A DNA stretch of 64,000 bases from Carcharhinus amblyrhynchos (Eukaryota): contig OZ336889.1 of the NCBI GenBank assembly GCA_965287045.1, positions 19,530,001 to 19,594,000 of the forward strand, read 5' to 3'. The notes under the pieces are model-generated. The model was not told where the DNA came from, did no database searches, and saw only the letters and a program-made list of their open reading frames with translations. Position 1 is the first letter of the stretch. Every line of letters begins with the position of its first letter. This document shows, piece after piece, positions 24,190 to 36,838 of the stretch. Both the position numbers and the translations under genes were made by a program.

Positions 24190-24420
24190 TCCAGGGACCC
24201 AGGTTCAATTCCATCCTTGGATCACTATCTGTGTGGACTTTGCACATTCTCCCTATGTCTGCAAGGGTTTCCTCTGGGTGCTCTGGTTTCCTTCCACAGC
24301 CCAAAGATATGTAGGCTAGGTAGATTGGCCATGCTAAATTGTCACTTTGTGTCCCGAGATGTCTAGTTTAGGGGGATTAGTGGAATAAATATGTCGGGTC
24401 ATGGAGATAGGGTGGGCCAG
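24190..24420 (+). mobile_element. HE1-type V-SINE, partial
   Basis: B box and V-domain present; head and tail truncated. Confidence 0.8.
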
Positions 24421-24717
24421 GTTACGATATTTCCATGATCAAGCTTTTGGTTACCCCACTTTCTTATTTGACTAAACAGCCTCTTTTTTTGTAAACTTTC
24501 ATGAAGGGTGGTGTGAGCCTTTCCCCACAGGAGAGGATTTTTAATGCCAAATTTTAATGTCCCTCTGCTTCTTTTTAGTCATTTGGTGCAAGAATTATAA
24601 AATCCTACCTTGTGAGTGGAACGAAGGTATAACTTTTGATCACAAATGGTACTTGTAATTTGGTGTCTAAGCTGAGATTATAGCAGTTTAGATTTGCAGC
24701 TGGCATCTTGCCATGCA

Positions 24718-25060
24718 TGGCACGGTAGTGCAGTGGTTAGCACTGCTGCCTCACAGCGCCAGGGATCCCAGGTTCAATTCCAGCCTCGGGTGACTGTGTG
24801 GAATTTGCACATTCTCCCCATGTCTGCGTGGGTTTCCTCCGGGTGCTCCGGTTTCCTCCCACAGTCCAAAGATGTGCAGGGATGGGAAATTGGCCATGCT
24901 AAATCACACCTTAGTGTCCCAAGATGTGTAGATTAGGGGGATTAGCAAGGTGAGTAGGTTGGGTTCCGGGATAGGGCCTGGGTAAGATGCTCTTGTTGGA
25001 GAGTCGGTATTACTTGAGGGGTCGAATGGCCTGCTTCTGCAGTGTGCAGATTCTGTATCT
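24718..25060 (+). mobile_element. HE1-type V-SINE
   Basis: Complete head, V-domain and tail. Confidence 0.9.
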
Positions 25061-26578
25061 GTACTTTAAACATATCAAGCAGTCACAATCTTATACTATA
25101 CGATTCCCAAAAACATGTCATCTCGTTCTATCTGTTATTCTTCAGCACATCATTTCAGGTGGAGGTCTGTAGGTTGAGTAAAATATGCCATTAAAAACAG
25201 TGTCACAGATTTCAAAAATGCAGATCATTCTCTTCTCCATAATGCTGCGGTGGTACGTTGATGCTGTCTGTATTTAACGGATGATATTTTCAGCTTGTCT
25301 GCTTTTGAGGGTTCCTTGTGGAATTACACTCCAATATGTCGGTTAGCACAGCCCATACTTTTTGTTAAAAAGAAATGCTGTTCATCAAACTGAAGCCTGT
25401 CGTCGCGGGGAATGGGACATCTTTCCACTTCTTGTGCTCAGTGTCATTATTGACCCTTGATAGGTCAGACGCACCACTCATTAAATATAGTTGGACTCCT
25501 TTTATTCTGCCCCAATGACGTGCCGTAACCCTCGTCTCAGAAAATAAACCATCCGTATGATTCCATTGCGACAATTTTATTTCCCACCCCAATTATTATG
25601 CCCTTTCTAACTAACCTTGACAGTTTAGTGCCAATTTACGTTGGATTACAGACAGTTTTGTGCTTTGGACCTGCAACCTCTGGGAACTGCGTTGTGGCAC
25701 GAACAGTCAATTTATATTGACAATTTGGAACGCATCACCATTTAAAGCACTGAATGCCAACACTGTTGAACCATTTGTTGTGTTAACAACAAGCATATGT
25801 GGATATAAGGTGGAGGGAACTGGAAGTATGGACTGAGATGCCTTTTCATATTTCAAAGTGGATTCTCTAGTGATAGCATATTCGGCTTGTTCGACTGAAG
25901 TGAATGCCACACATTGAGTTACTGGACATTTCTCACCTTTCCCCTTAATTGGGTAATTGTAACTGCTTTGTCTGGCATTCTGGAAACCACAGGAGGAGAT
26001 TTCCTTTGCGCCAAGTGTAGCAAAATTGAAAAATGTATTTATATATAAAAAAAAAACCACAGCTCCAGTCTCTTCCGATCTGATGCAGTGAAGATCAATT
26101 ATTTCATCCCAGTCCCATTAGCCAGGAAGACTATTCATTTTGAGAACAGTCGGATATGTTTACCCCGCCCCGCAGGGGAGCAGGATACAGGCTCCTTAGT
26201 GCATTAGGGAGGACAGTTGGTGCCACAGTCATCTGCTTGACTGAGACTAGAGAGAGAACAGGACACGGGAGCCTGAAGCTAGGAACTAAATTGCAGGTCA
26301 GAGTTCCAGTTGTAAGTTGTATCGCAAAAACAGAAATGCCCAAAGCAAAGAGGTTGGTTTGCGGAAAGGATAGGGCATGCGGGTATTATTTGCCATGTGT
26401 TTTCCAGGAGAAACTAAAATTAAATTAAGTATAATTTGCTTTGCCTATTGCTCTGTATGTTAAGTGTCTGAAATGAAGCAAATGAACGATTGTACCTGGC
26501 CTTGCCCTTACCCACTATTTTTCAGCCAGCTTCCAGAAATATTGCACACGTGTATGCAAAAGCATATATGAGAAACAT

Positions 26579-26703
26579 GGGCTGGAATTTTACCACCTTA
26601 CCTGCCCTAATTCCGGGGCTGCGAGACTTGCAGAACGGAAATCTCCATTGGTCTCGGGCAGGATTTTATAATCTCACCCGAGTGAGGTCGTAAAATCCCG
26701 CTC
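26579..26703. mobile_element. Short Harbinger-type MITE
   Basis: TIRs gggctggaatttta ... taaaatcccgctc. Confidence 0.55.
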
Positions 26704-26724
26704 AGGAAATCCAGATCAAATTGT

Positions 26725-27135
26725 AAGAATATAAGAAGCTAAGAAATAGGAGCAGGAATAGTCCATTTGGGCCCTCTTATTGCCATTCAATAAGAACATA
26801 AATGATTTGATCTTGGCCTGAATTCCACTTTCTCGCATGCCTCCCCCCCACCACCACCCCCACCCCCCCCCCCCCCCACCCCCAACAAAATAACCTTTGA
26901 CTGTCTTGTAAATCAAAAATTTATCTAACTCAGCCTTAAATATATTCAATATCGCAGCCTCCACTGCTCTCTGGGAAGAGAATTCCAAAGATAACACTCC
27001 ATTGAATAAAATTATTTCCTATCTCTGCCTTGAATGGGAAGACTCCTTATTCTGAAACGGTGTTCCTCCGATTCGCGATGCTGCCAGAAGAATACTTAAC
27101 CTATCAAAGTCTCTCAGAATTTTATGTTTCAATCT
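26725..27135 (-). mobile_element. CR1 LINE 3' end
   Basis: aagaatataagaag..aggagcagga tail; SQRAVEAAILNIFKAELDKFL on the minus strand. Confidence 0.8.
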
Positions 27136-27434
27136 GATTCCTCATCACAGAAGTAGGGAGGTTTTGTGATTACACGTTAATTGTGTCACAGAAACAGCTA
27201 TTGAGCAGAATGGGCATGTGCCCAGGATAAAGGCAGGTAATTGGAGTTGATACATATCAGCCATGGACCAGTTGAATGGCGGAATAGATTCATAAACCAA
27301 ATGACTTATTCCTGTTTCTGTGTTGGACGCTGTGACTAACTTGTGTTCTGTAGATGAGAAACTATATGAAATAACCTGGAATCAATGCTTTTAATCGTCT
27401 CATCACAATAGATACAGCAATTGTAATAACTGCT

Positions 27435-27695
27435 GACTGTGTAATGTGCAATGTTCTCCTCATATCTGCGTGGGTTTCCCCCGGGGGCTTTGGTTTACTT
27501 CCGCACTCTAAAGATGTGCAGGTTAGGTGGATTGGCCATGTTAAATTGCCCCTAAGTGGTACAAGATGTGTAGGTCAGGGGGATTAATGGGGTAAATATG
27601 TAGAGTTATAGGAATAGGACCTGGGTAAGATGCTCTGTCGGAGGGTTGGTGCAATAAGCTGAATGGCCTCCTTCTGCACTGTAAGGATGCTATGT
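27435..27695 (+). mobile_element. HE1-type V-SINE, 5'-truncated
   Basis: V-domain and tail present. Confidence 0.8.
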
Positions 27696-27839
27696 TCATC
27701 ATGTAATAAACCTTAATGAATTAATCCCCAAAGCCTTTACTTTCTTGAAGCACAGAATCCCTGCTTTTGAGTCTTTCGGGAGAACTAAAACTGTGAAATA
27801 ATCTTAGGCCCTCATGTGGACATCTCCAAAGCCTGAATA

Positions 27840-28930
27840 ACAACAACTGTGTGGGCACAAAAACTTGATACAGGATTCTCATTGAGGCGAACAAAGGTCT
27901 TCGATAAGGGAAAGAATATTCTGCTTTTTCTTATAGCAAGTTGTCCTGCAGTTACATCCGAGCACCGTATTTACTGCAGTCATTGCTATTGAGCATCCGT
28001 CATGAATCTTTAAAGATCCACTCACTGAAATGCCCACTTCTGTCTTATTTGCATGGGTTTTATTATTATTGTACGTATGGTCAGCATTCACCTTCTCCAC
28101 ACTGCATTTTTTTAAATGTTAAACATAATTTACCCACTCACAAACTCAACCCCCCGATCTGCCGATAGTTATCACTTGTCCAAAGATATTGATTCTTTGC
28201 AGTGAATTATTTAGTGCCTAATGAACCAATTTTCACTCTGAATGAGCAACCTCTAATTGAACAGTGACTACGCCAACCTGGGAATCTTGATTTGTCAAAT
28301 GGGACTTCCTCAGATAATGTTCATATTCCTGATCCGAAATGTATAAGAACACTGAGTAGGAGGTGCTTTCTCAAACATGTCCTTTTGCCATGCTTTCTTG
28401 GCTTGATTAAGTTATTCTGTGTTGAAAATACTGACTCTCGTGCCTATGTTGACATCATCTGCAAACTTTCATATCATTCCCTATACATTGTTTATTTAAA
28501 TCATCACTGAGAATAGTAGATAACAGAAGTCCTCATCCCTTCCTGTGGAACACCACTATTGACTGGTCTTCAGACAGATCCGAATGCATTTCCAAATACT
28601 GGTTGCCAGTGGCCTTTGAGAATGTTCTCAAACTGTTTTAAGCAGTTTCCACTAAAAATACCAAACTGTTTCTGCCAAAGTTTGAAGCCTTAGCTCTCGT
28701 AGAGAAACGGTGCAATTTAAAAGCTTTTTGATCTACCGGGTTCCCCTCATCCCTGATCTTGACAATGCCTTCAAAACACATGATCAAATCATTGAAACAG
28801 GGCCTTTTTTTTTATGCCACGTTGAATTAAATGTCCTCTTCTGCCTAAGAAGTCCTATGTTGCATTCTTGATGATTCTCACAAATACCTTCCCTATTACT
28901 GACATCAAACTATTGGGCCTAACACTTTTT
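27840..28930 (-). mobile_element. Highly degraded CR1-like RT region
   Basis: Remnant motifs ADDVN (gttgacatcatctgc), SGVPQEG (ccttcctgtggaacaccact), AVNTVLGC. Confidence 0.45.
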
Positions 28931-29324
28931 TAGCTTGTTTGGATTTCCACCACTTTTGTGTAAGAGGCAAGTTCTCATAGTGCGGATCTGAGTTTGTCTG
29001 ATTATTTGTTTAGAATTGAAATGCATTCATACAATGGCTAAATATGAAAATCGTAAACAGTATCAGTCCTAACACTACGCCTAGTGGGATATCACCATTG
29101 ACTGGTCTGGCATTTCTAGTGCAGTGGATTGTCAGTAAACCTGTCCTTTTGTTTCATGTTACTAGTGCTTTCAAAGTTTTGGGCAGGAAGGGTACAGTGG
29201 AATAAAATGCCAAAGTATTGATTTATTTCATAACATATATTGCTGACCGAAGAACAAGAGGTGATTTGAAATCTTGGCTTAATGTAATAATATATATGAT
29301 GCAGTTGTATATTTTTTTAAAAAT

Positions 29325-29592
29325 TTATTCATTAATATCACAAGTAGGCTTACATTAACACTAGAATGAAGTTACTGTGAAAATCCCTGAGTCGCTTGTT
29401 CAGGTACACTGAGGGAGAATTTAGCAAGGCCAATGCACCTAACTAGCACATCTTTCAGACTGTGGGAGGAAACCCACGCAGACGTGGGGAAAATGTGCAG
29501 ACTCCACACAGCTAGTGACCCAAGTCGGGAATCGAACTCGGGTCCCTGGCGCTGCGAGGCAGCAGTGCTAACTACTGTGTCATCGTGCTGCC
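29325..29592 (-). mobile_element. V-SINE type B
   Basis: Type B tail, V-domain and head. Confidence 0.87.
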
Positions 29593-30374
29593 ATGATGTT
29601 ATAGTATGTGTACATATATATGTGCTTGATTGGAGCATAGACACCAGCATCGACTGTCTGCGCTGACTGGCCTGTTTGTGTGCTATTTATCCTGTGCAGT
29701 ATTAAGGGGTTTAATGACATTGCCCTTTCTACTGAAGTGACGTTGTTAGACGTCCAGTTGCTTAGGTACCATTCATTGCCTCAAGTAATGACTGCCACGC
29801 CATGTTTGTGATTGTTATTCTACTGTTCATTTTCTCTCTTTCAGACCCTTAATTTGTCACAATATACTACTGTACGACTCACAGAGGGAATTAAATACCT
29901 TACGATAGTAAAGTACCACTGAATCGTGTAAGGCCTGTTGATTATTGTATTAACTCTACCTGCTGGTGGTGAACTGGGCTGAAGATTTAATCAGCTTTAC
30001 AAATTTTCATTTTGAACCCTTGACATAAACTAATAACTGAATGTAATAAACAGACAGTGCTTTAGAATGGAACTGGTTTATGTCTGAACGATCCAAAAGA
30101 AAACCTTATTTTCAGCTGCCAATGAGAATTAAGTGATAAACAGCGTAATTGTTCTAATAGTTCCAGGATTGAAGAAAAGCCACAGAAAGCTAAAGCTATA
30201 ATTTTTGAGCAACAAAATACATTCTTCTAGTTCATTATTTTTCACAGTCTGACTGGATACACATTCCCAGAACAGCAAATGTCAACAGAAGATAAAATTA
30301 AGGAATTAAATTGAACCGAGAGACCTCGGTCTCCATATACGTCAATGGCAGAAACCTGCTATCTGCAAAAGCTT

Positions 30375-30835
30375 TATGGTTGTATCGCAGACTGGCATGG
30401 CTTTGGCTATATCCAAGACCGCAAGAAACTACAAAGAGTCGTGAATGAAGCCCAGTCCATCACTCAAACCAGCCTCCCATCCATCAACTCTGTCTACACT
30501 TCCCGCTGCCTCAGAAAAGCAGCCAGCATGGTCAAGGACCCCAAGCACCCCGGACATACTCTCTTCCACCTTCTTTCTTCGGGAAAAAGATACAAAAGAC
30601 TGAGGTCACGTACCAACTAACGCAGGAACAGCTTCTTCCCTGCTGCCATCAGACTTTTGAATGGACCTACCTCACATTAAGTTGATCTTTCTGCACACCC
30701 TAGCTATGACTGTAGCACTACAATCTGCACTCTCTCCTTTCCTTCTCTCTGAATGTTACGCTTTGTCTGTATAATATGCAAGAAACAATACTTTTCACTG
30801 TATACTAATACATGTGACAATAATAAATCAAATCA
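30375..30835 (+). mobile_element. Rex1/Babar LINE 3' end with complete tail
   Basis: QDRKKLQRVVNEAQSITQTSLPSI...HPGHTLFHLLSSGKRYK; ends aataataaatcaaatca. Confidence 0.85.
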
Positions 30836-30879
30836 GAAGAAGATGGACTCTCAGCAAACAGTTCATTTCAAATGGGGTA

Positions 30880-31510
30880 TCTCTATGTGGTGCACTTTTG
30901 ATGATGGCTGAAGAGGTGAATCCTTGAAAGGCAGGGTTGGCTGCCATAAGTGCCGCACATTGAAGCCTCACATGTCTTTGTGGGTTGTTGCTTTTGGCGT
31001 TGGCGACTGTTGCCAAGCTGCTGTAGCCACTGGCCATCTTGTGGTACTCGCTCGCCCACAGCGGGTGCACCTTTTTCCTCTGTTGTCAGCTAGTGAGTTC
31101 CAGATGCGATAATTGATTTTTTTAAAATAAATTTTTATTCCATTCGTAAAGTTACAAAGCCAATGATCATAATGGACTGGGCAAACCCTAATCAATTCCT
31201 TGCTTGCTCCAAAAACCAAATTTGCATTTCAGTGGAATCCAATTCAGGGGCTACATGAGAGAAAATAAGTTCCAAGATAAAGCGTTGCACCCCACCTGGG
31301 GCTTTATCTGATGCTTGATCTTAGCTTAAAGGCCATAATTGATGTTTAGGGCCTTCATGTCACACTTGCAAACATCCATGAAGCAAAACATTGGGAATGC
31401 CACTGGCTGTTTGACTCTGACTCCCTCACCATACAGTAAGTCCATGGGTATGTGGCCATCTCCTATCCTGTGGGTGTGCTCGAGGCAACAAAGCCACCTC
31501 TGTTTGACGA
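30880..31510 (-). mobile_element. RTE-clade LINE 3' fragments
   Basis: KQRWL..LEH.HRIGDGHIPMDLLYGE...FMDVCKCDMKALNI and a terminal CLSRIHLFSHH motif. Confidence 0.7.
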
Positions 31511-31519
31511 ATGTTAATG

Positions 31520-31922
31520 AACTGGGGATCTTATAGAGACATAAGATAATGAAGGGGATAGGTAGGGTAGAGGTAGAGAGATTCTTCCCACTTAGAAAGG
31601 ATAGCAGGACTAGAGGGCACAGCCTCAAGATAAGAGGGGGGGGGGGCGCAGTTTAGATCAGAGTTGAGGAGGAACTTCTTCACTCAAAGGGTGGTGAACC
31701 TCTGGAATTCTCTGCCCGTTGAAGTGGTGGAGGCTACCTCGCTAAATATATTTAAGTCACGGGTAGATAGGTTTTTGACAGACAAGGGGATTAAGGGTTA
31801 TGAGGAGAAAGCGGGAAAGTGGAACTGATCCACTTCAGATCAGCCATAATCTTATTGAATGGTGGGGCAGGCTTGAAGGGCTAGATGGCCTACTCCTGCT
31901 CCTATTTCTTATGTTCTTATGT
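31520..31922 (+). mobile_element. CR1 LINE 3' end
   Basis: GDLIETYK-like region, RTRGHSLK, NFFTQRVVNLWNSLP; tail ttcttatgttcttatg. Confidence 0.88.
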
Positions 31923-31927
31923 AACTG

Positions 31928-32200
31928 GGGAAGCGATGGCCCAGTGGTATTATTGCTGGCCTCTGTGTGGAGTTTGTACGTTTTCCTTGTATCTGCATGG
32001 GTTTCCTCCAGATGCTCCGGTTTCCTCCCACATTCGAAAGATATGCGAGTTAGGTTGATTAGCCATGCAAAATTGTTGCATAGTGTAGGAAGACTAGCAG
32101 GGTAAATACATAGGGTTTCAGGTTAGGGATTGGTGGGATTGTCATTGGTGCAGACGTGATGGGCCAAATGGCCTCCTTCTGCACTGTAGAGATTTTATGA
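31928..32200 (+). mobile_element. HE1-type V-SINE, internally deleted
   Basis: V-domain and tail present. Confidence 0.75.
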
Positions 32201-33244
32201 CTTCACTTAGCAAATTGGTTGGAAATGGGAGGTGAAGGTCAAGGCGGGGGGTGGGGAGGTGGTCTTAATGGAGGAATTCTGTGGAGATAGCAAGTCAGAC
32301 CCAAAGCTGTGCTTATGCATTCCCTAGAATGAAAAAATTACATCTTGGGCGCAGTTCATTTGTTGCTTGGTTGTCTGAGATGAATCAAAGAGCTGGGAGT
32401 AACAACACCACATCATTTCTGTTGATGCTGTCTTCATGGTAGAGCTTTGCAGATTTTATATTTCATATTAGGGGGAAGAGCCACGCAGTATTTCCAGCAG
32501 GAATGCTTGGCTGTGTACTGTGTTGTGTGAAGAAGGTGGAGGGAAAGTTTTCCACATTGATGCAGCAAAAAATTGGAGAGTTGGCAATGAACTGGGTCAG
32601 GAGCAGCAATTAAAAGATGTGAAGAAACAGACTATGGGGAATGATTTTCACAATCTGGAAGATGCTTCATAGACATTGTGGATAGGCTAAAAGACAAACT
32701 GTGTAATCAGCACTAGCAGTGTGTTCAGTTATGGATAATAAATTTCTGCTGTCTGTTTTATGGTTTGAAGTGATTTGATATCTCACGTAATTGGAAAATG
32801 TACTAAGGGCCCTTTATTTTTATGAGTGTGTTATGTTGTATTTGAGGGCCATTGAAAGTGGACTTAATGGGGATTCGTAGTGAATCTTCTTTTATGAGTT
32901 ATAGATTAACACTGGAAAAGAATCTGTCACCTCATGTTTGCTAATGGGACTTTCGATATTTATACAGTCATTTGAAAATTTGGAGAGAGTATTGTTTGGC
33001 ATTTAGCACAAATGAATTCTGTATGTTCCTACCTTCAGTGTCTGCGTGACTTTCTTGCGAAGGGAGGTTTGGGAGACAAACTGCTGGTACAGAGAGAGTA
33101 CTTACCTGAGCTTGGGATTAAGGCGTTGCAGTGGGGAGCTTTACCTTCTCTCTGGCTGCACTGTGACTGACTTCAGAATGATTAACAGGATGACAAAGCA
33201 GGGAGGCTATTCCACTCCCTGGCTTTGAGATCCCTCGGTGATGA

Positions 33245-33304
33245 ATGGAAGTACTTACTTTTCTTAACCAGAAAGATGCTGGGCTTGCTGCATCTGCCAT
33301 CAAG
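33245..33304 (+). CDS. Candidate alternative first coding exon (MEVLTFLNQKDAGLAASAIK), phase 0
   Basis: ATG G context, 20 open codons, consensus donor AAG|GTGAGT at 33305. Could instead be a 33-nt internal exon 33272-33304 after ttttcttaaccag. Confidence 0.45.
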
Positions 33305-34114
33305 GTGAGTGGAGAAGAATAATTGTCTGGGATTCCTGTGCTTGATTGATCCACGCAGTGACAGCTAATAGGAATGCATGAATGTAAATGCACGGGTAAA
33401 GACGATCAGGCTTGGTTATGATGGGCCTCATGGTTGAACAGCCTACACACAGAAAATTGAATAACAAATTTACCCCTCTCAAAATACAAAACCAGCGACC
33501 ACGACTGGTGGCTGAATAATAGAACAATGTAAAGCTTAAATACAATAGAGTGGCCTAAACCATGATGTCAAATTACTGTGCACGAATTTTCACTACCCTG
33601 AAAGCAATTTCCTATCGGTACGAGAATCCTTTTCTTCCTTTTTAACTTGAATGCTGTCAGATGACATTTTGACTGAAGTGTCGGTGATTGACCAATCTCC
33701 CAAACATCGGGAAAAATAATTGAACTACAAAAGGATTTATTTTGCTTCTGAGGCTGACTAGAATTAATTGAATTGGATAGCAGGTTGGTTGGAAACACAG
33801 CAGGAAGAAAATAACATCTAGTTTGTGCTGAATTATGCGTCAGGATGCACTGGGTGGCACAGTGGTTAGCATCGCTGCTTCAGAGCGCCGGGAACCCGGT
33901 TTCGATTCCCGGCTTGAGGCACAGTCTGTGCGGAGTCTGCACATCTCCCTCATGTCTGTGTGGGTTTCCTCTGGGTGTTCCAGTTTCCTCCCACAGTCCG
34001 AAAGACATGCTTGGTTAGGTACATTGGCCATGCCAAATTCTCCTTCGTTGGACCCAAACAGGCACCGGAGACCAGGAGATTTTCACAGTAACTTCACAGC
34101 AATGTTAGTGTAAG

Positions 34115-34711
34115 TGTAGTAAGTCCTCGGAGACAGAAGTCCCTTCACCAAAATCCCATTATTCACAGGTCTGACAACAGCATACAGAGTGCTTTCAGTT
34201 CACAGTCTACACTAGGAGTCCCAAAGGTACCGACACTCCCAGTTAAATAAAGGAGAAGACTCCCTGATTGACCCGTCAATTGACTCCTTAATCAAGGACC
34301 CCTTTATGTGTCCAACCAAATAAACAAAATCAACATAACTCAGAGACAACTCAAAAAGGGCAGCTCCCTAAAAGGAGGGGACCCACCGAGAACAAAAAAT
34401 GAAAGTGGAAAGGAAACTTAAAACATCAAATTAAAATGTGATTAAAGGGGTCAGTAACACACCCCAGTCCCTGCGGTGCCCAGCGGGCATCAGTTGTGCC
34501 CTCGGACACGGCATGCTCCCTTTCCAGGAACACCCTGCCGTGAGTATAGCCGTGGTAGAGGCGTGGACAGTCAGGTTAGACGATCACTTGCTGCCTGGAC
34601 CTGTAGACGGAATGCCTTGCCAGGCCTAGGAGGAGGTTCACGAGGAGGGCTGTTAATCAGGAAGTTCATATTCTGACAGGCCTGCCTCAATTGCCTGGTT
34701 AGATCATTACA
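34115..34711. mobile_element. Solo LTR containing a Tx1 fragment
   Basis: TGTA...TACA termini; 5-bp TSD GTAAG/GTGAG with one mismatch. Confidence 0.7.
34299..34652 (-). mobile_element. Tx1/L1-clade LINE 3' fragment
   Basis: Minus strand encodes LLVNLLLGLARHSVYRSRQ...RVFLEREHAVS...RWAPQGL; flanked by ttaatcaagga / ttaatcagga. Confidence 0.7.
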
Positions 34712-35341
34712 GTGAGCCTGCTTGTGACACTAATGAATAAACTTTCTGAAAAACAGGATCTCTTTTCTCACAGTCCACACTTGTATTTAGGCACTGTAGA
34801 AATTGTGAAGGAGGAAACTTCAGTATTGCAGTCTGATCTTTTTGTGTCAGCTTAAACCTCCGCTCTTGTGATTATGGAGTTACACAAATCCTGCATTGTT
34901 GCAGGCTTTATACGTTATTTCTTGGTATCCGTTAATCCACTCACAACAGAATTTTAAAGAATAATATTCTTGAGGCTGCTCATCAGATATCTTTTGTCAG
35001 AAAGTTTCCAAATTAACAAAACAATAAGATTGATCAATTGGAGGTTGTTGTCTTCCCATCAAAATTGTGAGCTTTGGTGATTTGTGGCAATAAAACAGCA
35101 GTCAGTGATGGGCATCAAATTGGATGCGGGTGTCTTTAATAAAGAGCAGCTTGAATCAGGGAAACACAGGGAGTTTTCATTTGTCCTCCTCTTATATTTG
35201 CCCCACAGGCTTCTGTGCTGTGAGGTCTGTCTCTGTGGAATAATAGGTGTTCAGGTTTCTATTAAATACTGAAAGAGCACTGCAGTGGCAGGTAGAGAAT
35301 GACCTCAATGGAAGTTAAACTTCATTACAGCAGAATTTAAA

Positions 35342-35342
<1 letters not shown>

Positions 35343-35373
<31 letters not shown>

Positions 35374-35438
35374 GGTGTGTGTGTATGTGTGCACCGGTCC
35401 GTGTGTGTGTGTGAGCACACGTTTGTGTGTTTGTTTAT

Positions 35439-35477
<39 letters not shown>

Positions 35478-35505
35478 CACCTGTTTGTGTGTATGTGTGT
35501 GTGTG
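35343..35505. repeat. Compound (TA)n/(TG)n microsatellite
   Basis: Directly visible. Confidence 0.95.
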
Positions 35506-35667
35506 ATATATCTGTATTTTTCTTTGCAAATTGGGGAATGCTGCCTCCTCCTTGAACTTCTCCTGACGCACGCTCGCCAATTGTTTTTGTGAAGATTTGG
35601 TAGCAGGTTGAATTCACTTGATAGATCGTAAGTAGTTTTTCACTGACGGAGTACAGGCAGATTTGTT

Positions 35668-36040
35668 TCTTTTATTCATTCATGGGATATGGCTGTCACT
35701 GGCTGGCCAGCAGTTATTGCCCATCCCTAATTGCCCTTGAAACTGAGTGGCTTGTCAGGCTGTTTCAGAGGGCACTTGAGAGTCAACCACATTGCTGTGG
35801 CTCTGAAGTCACATGTAGGCCAGACCAGATGAGGACGGCAGATTTCCTTCTCTAAAGGACATTTGTGATTTTTCCAACAATTGACAATAGTTTCATAGTC
35901 ATCAGCAGATTCATAATTCTAGATTTGTTTTATTGAATTCAAATTCCACTATCTACCATCGCAGGATTTGAACCCGGATCCCCAGAACATCAGCTGAGTT
36001 TCTGAATGAATAGTCCTAGTGGTAATACCGTGAGGCCATT
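35668..36040 (-). mobile_element. tRNA-derived SINE, third family (non-V)
   Basis: Matches the + strand copies at 46360 and 52018 (gatttgaaccc B box; ttgcccatccctaattgcccttga tail). Confidence 0.8.
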
Positions 36041-36244
36041 AGCTCTCCAGATATAAAATTACTTCCTCTCTGGAAACAGTGCAAGTTCAATTGTCAGTTC
36101 ACTGGAGAATCCTCATGACATTTCTTTCCGACTATCCATAATTTATGTTGGATCTTGCGCTGTTAGAACCCAGGTGTTGTGAATCTAACCTCAGTGTAGA
36201 TTATTTTTACACAGCTCTGTCTGGCCAGAACGTTATCATCAATA

Positions 36245-36613
36245 GATAGAAATCTACAAGATTATGAGGAGCATGGACAGAGTGGATAGTCAGAAGCTTT
36301 TTCCCAGGATGGAAGAGTCAGTTACTAGGGGGCACAGGTTTAAGGTGTGAGTGATAAGGGTTTAAAGGAGATGTATGAGGCAAGATTTTACACAGAGGGT
36401 GGTGTGTGCCTGGAACTCACTGCTGGACGAGGTAGTGGAAGCAGATATGATAGTGGTATTAAAAGGGCGTCTTGATAAATACATGAATAGGGTGGAAATA
36501 GAGGGATATGGTTCCCGGGAAGGGTAAGGGGTTTTAGTTCAGTCGGGTAGCACGGTCAGTGCAGGCTTGGAGGGCCGAAGGGCCTGTTTTTGTATTATAA
36601 TTTTCTTTGTTCT
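36245..36613 (+). mobile_element. CR1/HER1 LINE 3' end
   Basis: YKIMRSMDRVD..LFP..TRGHRFKV..QRVVCAWNSL; tail ttctttgttct. Confidence 0.85.
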
Positions 36614-36838
36614 AAGTCTATATTTACGAAGATGCTTTGAACACAAAGCAGGAATATTGTGCATGACGTTTATTGTACGCTAGGTTAATTGTCACGTTCA
36701 AGATTGTTTTACCAGAAACCTTTTGGAGGAGTTCCATATGTTAAATGGTAATTCTGGTGCTTTCAAAATGGGCTTGTTATCTTAGAGTTGTGGTTAAAAA
36801 ATATGGAACCACTCAGGTCTGTAAGTTACAGTAACAAA

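Larger units (their letters stand above)
33845..34745 (+). mobile_element. V-SINE type B split by a solo LTR
   Basis: Tail breaks at gtaag (34114) and resumes cctgcttgtgacactaat at 34717. Confidence 0.85.

Noticed and set aside
24718-24790. tRNA-like sequence with A and B boxes
   Set aside because: Continues directly into the V-domain; a SINE head, not a tRNA gene. The same holds for the other copies.
29845-29927. Strong acceptor (ttttctctctttcag) and possible donor GTAAGG
   Set aside because: All three frames hit a stop before the donor and the peptide is unrecognised; at most a non-coding or poison exon.
35305-35617. His/Thr- and Val/Cys-rich ORFs
   Set aside because: Artefacts of the TG/TA microsatellite.
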